A stretch of 32,000 bases of DNA from Sinorhizobium meliloti. Lineage in GTDB: Bacteria; Pseudomonadota; Alphaproteobacteria; Rhizobiales; Rhizobiaceae. Each line of letters begins with the position of its first letter. Position 1 is the first letter of the stretch. Below the pieces are notes generated by a model, which saw only the letters and a program-made list of their open reading frames with translations, was not told the origin of the DNA and searched no databases. The stretch is from contig NZ_JAGIOS010000004.1 of NCBI RefSeq assembly GCF_017876815.1, forward strand, positions 1 through 32,000. The letters run 5' to 3'. The position numbers and the translations under genes are program-made. Shown one piece after another: positions 22,901-31,900 of the stretch.

Positions 22901-25900
22901 GCCTCGTAGGCCCGACGCGCATAGGCATCGTCGTCGGGGACCGGCAGCGCCTTGCGGTCGAGCTTGCCGTTCACCGTCAGCGGCAGTGCATCCAGCCGCA
23001 CGAAGGCCGACGGCACCATGTAGTCCGGTAGCAGGCCACCCAGATGCGCCCGCAACGACGCAGCAAGCCCGGCGCCATCGGCTTCGGCCGACCCGTCCGT
23101 CGTCTTCGCAACCACATAGGCGACGAGCCGCTTGTCGCCCGCCGCATCCGCGTGCGCCACCACCGCGGCATCGCCGACAAGCTCATGCTCCAGCAGCCGG
23201 GCGGCGATCTCGCCCGGCTCGATGCGGAAGCCGCGGATCTTCACCTGGTCGTCATTGCGGCCCAGAAACTCGAGATTGCCGTCCGGCAGGTAGCGCGCCA
23301 GGTCGCCGCTCCGGTACATCCGGGCGCCGGCCTTGCCGCTGAACCGATCCGCCAGGAACCGCTCCGCCGTCAGATCCGGACGGTTCAGGTAGCCGCGCGC
23401 CACCCCCGCCCCGCCGATATAAAGCTCACCAACCGCCCCAAACGGGACGGGTGCGCCATGACCGTCAAGCACATAAAGCCGCGTGTTCGCAATCGGACGG
23501 CCGATCGGCACATTCGTCGATGCGGAAAGATCTGCAGGGATGTCATGGAAAGCACAACCGACAACCGCTTCCGTCGGGCCATACTCGTTGACCATTCTAG
23601 CCGCCGGCTGGATCTGACGCCATAGCTCGACCGTCGAAGACGACAATGCCTCACCGCCAATGACGAGCACCTCCACCTGACTGGCATCTCCAGCCGACTG
23701 CAGTTGCTGTCCAAGAACATCCAGATGGCTCGGGGTGACATTGACCAGCCCGCACGGTGTGCCGACCCTTGACCTGATCCCCTCGACCTCGTCCCCCTCT
23801 TTCGTAAGCAATGCATGGCCGCCAGAGACCAAAGGCGCAAACAGGCTGTTGACCGTGGCATCGAAGGCGAGCGAAGAGGAGACGACGGATGAGGATATGG
23901 GAGCGTAGCTCTCACGAGCCCAGCTTAGATAATTGGTCATCCCGCGATGCTCGACCATGACGCCCTTAGGCGTGCCGGTGGATCCCGATGTGTAGATGAC
24001 ATAGGCGAGATTGCGGGCTGTCAGGCCGAGGGCATGCGGGTCGGGATCGTCAGCGGACTGGTCGGCCCAGGCGGGCATGGCTGCATCGAGATCGACCGCG
24101 CTCAGATCGGCGATTGCCTCGGCGCCCAACGCCGCGCGACCGGCGGCGTCGCAAAGCAGCAGCCGCGGGCCGGCATCGTCGAGCAACTGCCGCAGCCGTT
24201 CGCCGGGATAGGCCGGGTCGAGCGGCACATAGGCGCCGCCGGCCTTGAGGATCGCCAGCAGTCCCACCACCATCGCCGGGCTGCGCTCGACGCAGATCGC
24301 CACTGGCTGGTCCGGCCTCACCCCGAGCCCGATCAGATGATGGGCCAGCCGGTTGGCATCGGCATTGAGCGCGCCATAGGAGATCGACTGCTCTTCGAAG
24401 ACCAGTGCGACCGCGTCGGGCACCCGGCGCACCTGCGCCTCGAACAGCGCATGCACGCAAAGATCCGACGGATAGTCCGCTTCCGTCCGGTTCAACTCCT
24501 CCAGCAGGTAGCTGCGCTCCTCAGCCGGAAGAATGTCGAGCTCGCGCACCGGCCTATCGGGCGCTTGCTCCAGCGCGTCGACCAGTTGCTCGAGCGCCCG
24601 CTGCATATAGCCGCAGATCCGATCGGCGGAGATCGGTTCGACCGCATCCGCCGTGAGCCCCAGCTCCTGACCAAAATCATCCACCGACAATGTCAGCGGG
24701 TAGTTGGTCCGTTCCTCGTCCCCCAGCCATTCCATGCCGGACAGCACGTCGCTTGTTCCCTCGCCGGCCATGGCCGGCGTGTTGTGGCGATAGTTCAGCA
24801 GCGCACTGAACAGTGGCGCTGGTGCGGCAATATCGCTGCAGCGTTGCGCCAATGCCAGCGAGGCATGCTCGTGTGAGAGCAATTCGGCCAGACGGGCGTG
24901 GGCGATACGCACACTTTCCTCGACCCCGGTCTCATCCAGATCCAGCCGCAACGGCAAGGTATTCATGAACAAGCCCATGGCACGGTCGGCGCCGGCACCC
25001 GCATGCATGCGGCCGAACAGCACCGTGCCGAACACCACCTGCTCGCGCCCGCTGCTCAGCGCCACCACCTGGGCCCAGGCCAGATGGCAAAGGCTAGCCA
25101 GACTCACCCCCAGCCGCCGCGCCTGGTGGCGCAGCCGATCGTTGAGCGCCTGCGGCAGCATCCGCCGTGCCTCGCGGGATCCGCGGCCGTCGCCGTAGAC
25201 CTCGCTCAGAGCGAACGGCAGGGTCGGCTCGTCGATGTCGGCCAGCATCTCCCGGAAGAACGCTTCATGCGCTTTGGCATCCATGCCAAGCCGCGCCTGC
25301 GCCACCAGGTTGCGGAACGGCTGCGGCGCTGCAAGCTCATGCGCGCGCCCCTGCAGCACGGCCCGGACCTCGGCATGCATCACTTCGGCCGTCGTATGAT
25401 CGCCGATCAGATGGTGCTGCAACACCAAAAGCAGCCAGCGCCCACTGCCCGGTTCGCGCGCGATCACGAACCGCATCAGCGGCGCCCGGCCAAGGTCGAG
25501 ACGGTACTGGCGCGGATCGAACCGCCGCCTGAGCTCATCGGCGCCGGAACCATCACAGCCCTCCAGCTCGACCTCGAGCACATCCAAGGCCGCCTTGCGC
25601 CAGACAACCTGCGCCGGGCTCGACAGACCCTCCCAGACAAAGGCCGTGCGCAGAATGTCGTGGCGGTCGACCACCTGTTGAACCGCAGCAAGGTAGCGAT
25701 CGAGCACACCCCGCTCGGCAAAGGCCATCTGCGACATCAGGAGATAGGGGTCACCCTGGGTTGCCAGCAAATGATGGAACAGAATGCCGTCCTGCAGCGG
25801 CGACAGGCCATAGATATCCTGGATATTGCCGACGCCGCCGGGCACCGTCGACACGATCCGGTCGATCTCCGGTTGGGTAAGATCGATCAGCGGCAGCATC

Positions 25901-28900
25901 TGCGGCGTGATCGCCGTACTCTGTTCCGTGATCGGGTTGGCAGGCACCGCCACCTCCCGGTGGCTGCCAAGACTGGCGGCCAGATCGGCAAGCATCGGCT
26001 TTGCAAATACGGTGCGAACCTCGACCCCGAGCGACAGCCGCCGCAGACGCTCCATCATTTGAACGGCCAACAATGAGTGGCCGCCGAGTTCGAAGAAGTT
26101 GTCGTGGCGCCCGACCTGCTCGACGCCGAGAAGCTCGGCCCAGATCCCGGCCAGCAGCGTCTCGATCTCGCCCTGCGGCGCCTCGTAGGCCCGACGCGCA
26201 TAGGCATCGTCGTCGGGGACCGGCAGCGCCTTGCGGTCGAGCTTGCCGTTCACCGTCAGCGGCAGTGCATCCAGCCGCACGAAGGCCGACGGCACCATGT
26301 AGTCCGGTAGCAGGCCACCCAGATGCGCCCGCAACGACGCAGCAAGCCCGGCGCCATCGGCTTCGGCCGACCCGTCCGTCGTCTTCGCAACCACATAGGC
26401 GACGAGCCGCTTGTCGCCCGCCGCATCCGCGTGCGCCACCACCGCGGCATCGCCGACAAGCTCATGCTCCAGCAGCCGGGCGGCGATCTCGCCCGGCTCG
26501 ATGCGGAAGCCGCGGATCTTCACCTGGTCGTCATTGCGGCCCAGAAACTCGAGATTGCCGTCCGGCAGGTAGCGCGCCAGGTCGCCGCTCCGGTACATCC
26601 GGGCGCCGGCCTTGCCGCTGAACCGATCCGCCAGGAACCGCTCCGCCGTCAGATCCGGACGGTTCAGGTAGCCGCGCGCCACCCCCGCCCCGCCGATATA
26701 AAGCTCACCAACCGCCCCAAACGGAACCGGCTGACCATGGCCGTCAAGCACATAAAGCCGCGTGTTCGCAATCGGACGGCCGATCGGCACATTCGTCGAT
26801 GCGGAAAGATCTGCAGGGATGTCATGGAAAGCACAACCGACAACCGCTTCCGTCGGGCCATACTCGTTGACCATTCTAGCCGCCGGCTGGATCTGACGCC
26901 ATAGCTCGACCGTCGAAGACGACAATGCCTCACCGCCAATGACGAGCACCTCCACCTGACTGGCATCTCCAGCCGACTGCAGTTGCTGTCCAAGAACATC
27001 CAGATGGCTCGGGGTGACATTGACCAGCCCGCACGGTGTGCCGACCCTTGACCTGATCCCCTCGACCTCGTCCCCCTCTTTCGTAAGCAATGCATGGCCG
27101 CCAGAGACCAAAGGCGCAAACAGGCTGTTGACCGTGGCATCGAAGGCGAGCGAAGAGGAGACGACGGATGAGGATATGGGAGCGTAGCTCTCACGAGCCC
27201 AGCTTAGATAATTGGTCATCCCGCGATGCTCGACCATGACGCCCTTAGGCGTGCCGGTGGATCCCGATGTGTAGATGACATAGGCGAGATTGCGGGCTGT
27301 CAGGCCGAGGGCATGCGGGTCGGGATCGTCAGCGGACTGGTCGGCCCAGGCGGGCATGGCTGCATCGAGATCGACCGCGCTCAGATCGTCGATTGCCTCG
27401 GCGCCCAACGCCGCGCGGCCGGCGGCGTCGCAAAGCAGCAGCCGCGGGCCGGCATCGTCGAGCAACTGCCGCAGCCGTTCGCCGGGATAGGCCGGGTCGA
27501 GCGGCACATAGGCGCCGCCGGCCTTGAGGATCGCCAGCAGTCCCACCACCATCGCCGGGCTGCGCTCGACGCAGATCGCCACTGGCTGGTCCGGCCTCAC
27601 CCCGAGCCCGATCAGATGATGGGCCAGCCGGTTGGCATCGGCATTGAGCGCGCCATAGGAGATCGACTGCTCTTCGAAGACCAGTGCGACCGCGTCGGGC
27701 ACCCGGCGCACCTGCGCCTCGAACAGCGCATGCACGCAAAGATCCGACGGATAGTCCGCTTCCGTCCGGTTCAACTCCTCCAGCAGGTAGCTGCGCTCCT
27801 CAGCCGGAAGAATGTCGAGCTCGCGCACCGGCCTATCGGGCGCTTGCTCCAGCGCGTCGACCAGTTGCTCGAGCGCCCGCTGCATATAGCCGCAGATCCG
27901 ATCGGCGGAGATCGGTTCGACCGCATCCGCCGTGAGCCCCAGCTCCTGACCAAAATCATCCACCGACAATGTCAGCGGGTAGTTGGTCCGTTCCTCGTCC
28001 CCCAGCCATTCCATGCCGGACAGCACGTCGCTTGTTCCCTCGCCGGCCATGGCCGGCGTGTTGTGGCGATAGTTCAGCAGCGCACTGAACAGTGGCGCTG
28101 GTGCGGCAATATCGCTGCAGCGTTGCGCCAATGCCAGCGAGGCATGCTCGTGTGAGAGCAATTCGGCCAGACGGGCGTGGGCGATACGCACACTTTCCTC
28201 GACCCCGGTCTCATCCAGATCCAGCCGCAACGGCAAGGTATTCACGAACAAGCCCATGGCACGGTCGGCGCCGGCACCCGCATGCATGCGGCCGAACAGC
28301 ACCGTGCCGAACACCACCTGCTCGCGCCCGCTGCTCAGCGCCACCACCTGGGCCCAGGCCAGATGGCAAAGGCTAGCCAGACTCACCCCCAGCCGCCGCG
28401 CCTGGTGGCGCAGCCGATCGTTGAGCGCCTGCGGCAGCATCCGCCGTGCCTCGCGGGATCCGCGGCCGTCGCCGTAGACCTCGCTCAGAGCGAACGGCAG
28501 GGTCGGCTCGTCGATGTCGGCCAGCATCTCCCGGAAGAACGCTTCATGCGCTTTGGCATCCATGCCAAGCCGCGCCTGCGCCACCAGGTTGCGGAACGGC
28601 TGCGGCGCTGCAAGCTCATGCGCGCGCCCCTGCAGCACGGCCCGGACCTCGGCATGCATCACTTCGGCCGTCGTATGATCGCCGATCAGATGGTGCTGCA
28701 ACACCAAAAGCAGCCAGCGCCCACTGCCCGGTTCGCGCGCGATCACGAACCGCATCAGCGGCGCCCGGCCAAGGTCGAGACGGTACTGGCGCGGATCGAA
28801 CCGCCGCCTGAGCTCATCGGCGCCGGAACCATCACAGCCCTCCAGCTCGACCTCGAGCACATCCAAGGCCGCCTTGCGCCAGACAACCTGCGCCGGGCTC

Positions 28901-31900
28901 GACAGACCCTCCCAGACAAAGGCCGTGCGCAGAATGTCGTGGCGGTCGACCACCTGTTGAACCGCAGCAAGGTAGCGATCGAGCACACCCCGCTCGGCAA
29001 AGGCCATCTGCGACATCAGGAGATAGGGGTCACCCTGGGTTGCCAGCAAATGATGGAACAGAATGCCGTCCTGCAGCGGCGACAGGCCATAGATATCCTG
29101 GATATTGCCGACGCCGCCGGGCACCGTCGACACGATCCGGTCGATCTCCGGTTGGGTAAGATCGATCAGCGGCAGCATCTGCGGCGTGATCGCCGTACTC
29201 TGTTCCGTGATCGGGTTGGCAGGCACCGCCACCTCCCGGTGGCTGCCAAGACTGGCGGCCAGATCGGCAAGCATCGGCTTTGCAAATACGGTGCGAACCT
29301 CGACCCCGAGCGACAGCCGCCGCAGACGCTCCATCATTTGAACGGCCAACAATGAGTGGCCGCCGAGCTCGAAGAAGTTGTCGTGGCGCCCGACCTGCTC
29401 GACGCCGAGAAGCTCGGCCCAGATCCCGGCCAGCAGCGTCTCGATCTCGCCCTGCGGCGCCTCGTAGGCCCGACGCGCATAGGCATCGTCGTCGGGGACC
29501 GGCAGCGCCTTGCGATCGAGCTTGCCGTTCACCGTCAGCGGCAGTGCATCCAGCCGCACGAAGGCCGACGGCACCATGTAGTCCGGTAGCAGGCCACCCA
29601 GATGCGCCCGCAACGACGCAGCAAGCCCGGCGCCATCGGCTTCGGCCGACCCGTCCGTCGTCTTCGCAACCACATAGGCGACGAGCCGCTTGTCGCCCGC
29701 CGCATCCGCGTGCGCCACCACCGCGGCATCGCCGACAAGCTCATGCTCCAGCAGCCGGGCGGCGATCTCGCCCGGCTCGATGCGGAAGCCGCGGATCTTC
29801 ACCTGGTCGTCATTGCGGCCCAGAAACTCGAGATTGCCGTCCGGCAGGTAGCGCGCCAGGTCGCCGCTCCGGTACATCCGGGCGCCGGCCTTGCCGCTGA
29901 ACCGATCCGCCAGGAACCGCTCCGCCGTCAGATCCGGACGGTTCAGGTAGCCGCGCGCCACCCCCGCCCCGCCGATATAAAGCTCACCAACCGCCCCAAA
30001 CGGAACCGGCTGACCATGGCCGTCAAGCACATAAAGCCGCGTGTTCGCAATCGGACGGCCGATCGGCACATTCGTCGATGCGGAAAGATCTGCAGGGATG
30101 TCATGGAAAGCACAACCGACAACCGCTTCCGTCGGGCCATACTCGTTGACCATTCTAGCCGCCGGCTGGATCTGACGCCATAGCTCGACCGTCGAAGACG
30201 ACAATGCCTCACCGCCAATGACGAGCACCTCCACCTGACTGGCATCTCCAGCCGACTGCAGTTGCTGTCCAAGAACATCCAGATGGCTCGGGGTGACATT
30301 GACCAGCCCGCACGGTGTGCCGACCCTTGACCTGATCCCCTCGACCTCGTCCCCCTCTTTCGTAAGCAATGCATGGCCGCCAGAGACCAAAGGCGCAAAC
30401 AGGCTGTTGACCGTGGCATCGAAGGCGAGCGAAGAGGAGACGACGGATGAGGATATGGGAGCGTAGCTCTCACGAGCCCAGCTTAGATAATTGGTCATCC
30501 CGCGATGCTCGACCATGACGCCCTTAGGCGTGCCGGTGGATCCCGATGTGTAGATGACATAGGCGAGATTGCGGGCTGTCAGGCCGAGGGCATGCGGGTC
30601 GGGATCGTCAGCGGACTGGTCGGCCCAGGCGGGCATGGCTGCATCGAGATCGACCGCGCTCAGATCGGCGATTGCCTCGGCGCCCAACGCCGCGCGACCG
30701 GCGGCGTCGCAAAGCAGCAGCCGCGGGCCGGCATCGTCGAGCAACTGCCGCAGCCGTTCGCCGGGATAGGCCGGGTCGAGCGGCACATAGGCGCCGCCGG
30801 CCTTGAGGATCGCCAGCAGTCCCACCACCATCGCCGGGCTGCGCTCGACGCAGATCGCCACTGGCTGGTCCGGCCTCACCCCGAGCCCGATCAGATGATG
30901 GGCCAGCCGGTTGGCATCGGCATTGAGCGCGCCATAGGAGATCGACTGCTCTTCGAAGACCAGTGCGACCGCGTCGGGCACCCGGCGCACCTGCGCCTCG
31001 AACAGCGCATGCACGCAAAGATCCGACGGATAGTCCGCTTCCGTCCGGTTCAACTCCTCCAGCAGGTAGCTGCGCTCGTCGGGAGGCAGGATGTCCAGCT
31101 CGGACACCGGCTGCTCGGCATCGGCAAGCATCGCCCGCAGCAGCGCCAGCAGATAACCACATTGCCGCTCGATCGTCGCCCGGTCGAACAACGCCGTCGC
31201 ATAACCGAGAGTCCCGGCGATGGCCTCGCCCTGCTCTCCCAGGTTCAGTTCCAGATCGAACTTGACCTGATCGAGCCCCTCGCCCGCAGCCTCCACCTGC
31301 AGCCCCGGCAGGTCCAATGACCCGCCGGTGTTGTTCTGCCAGGCCAGTCCCACCTGGAACAACGGCGTGTGACCGAGAGCCCGGGGCGGCTGGACGATCT
31401 CCACCACCTGCTCGAACGGCAGGTCCTGATGATCCTGCGCAGTCAAGGCCGCGCGCCGCGCCCGTTCCAGGAGATCGGACACGCTCGGCTCGCCCGACAG
31501 ATCGATTCGAACCGCCAGGGTGTTGACGAAGAAACCGATTAGATCCTCGATCTCGCGGCGACGACGATTGGCCGTCGGCACACCGATCACGATATCGTCC
31601 TGCCCGGACAGGCGCGACAGCACCGCAGCCCAGGCCGCCAGCACTGTCATGAACAACGTCGTGCCATGCTGCCGGCTCAGCCGCTTGAGCCCGCGCGTCA
31701 GAGCCTCATCGATGATAACCGGCACGCTGGCTCCGGCAAACGACTGCTGTGCCGGCCGCGGCCGGTCCGTCGGCAGCGCCAGACGGGCCGGGGCGCCAGA
31801 CAGGGTGTCGCGCCAATACTGCGCCTGACGCTGCAGCCGCTCGCCGGACAACCATTGCCGTTGCCAGGCGGCATAATCCGGATACTGGATCGCCAGCGGC

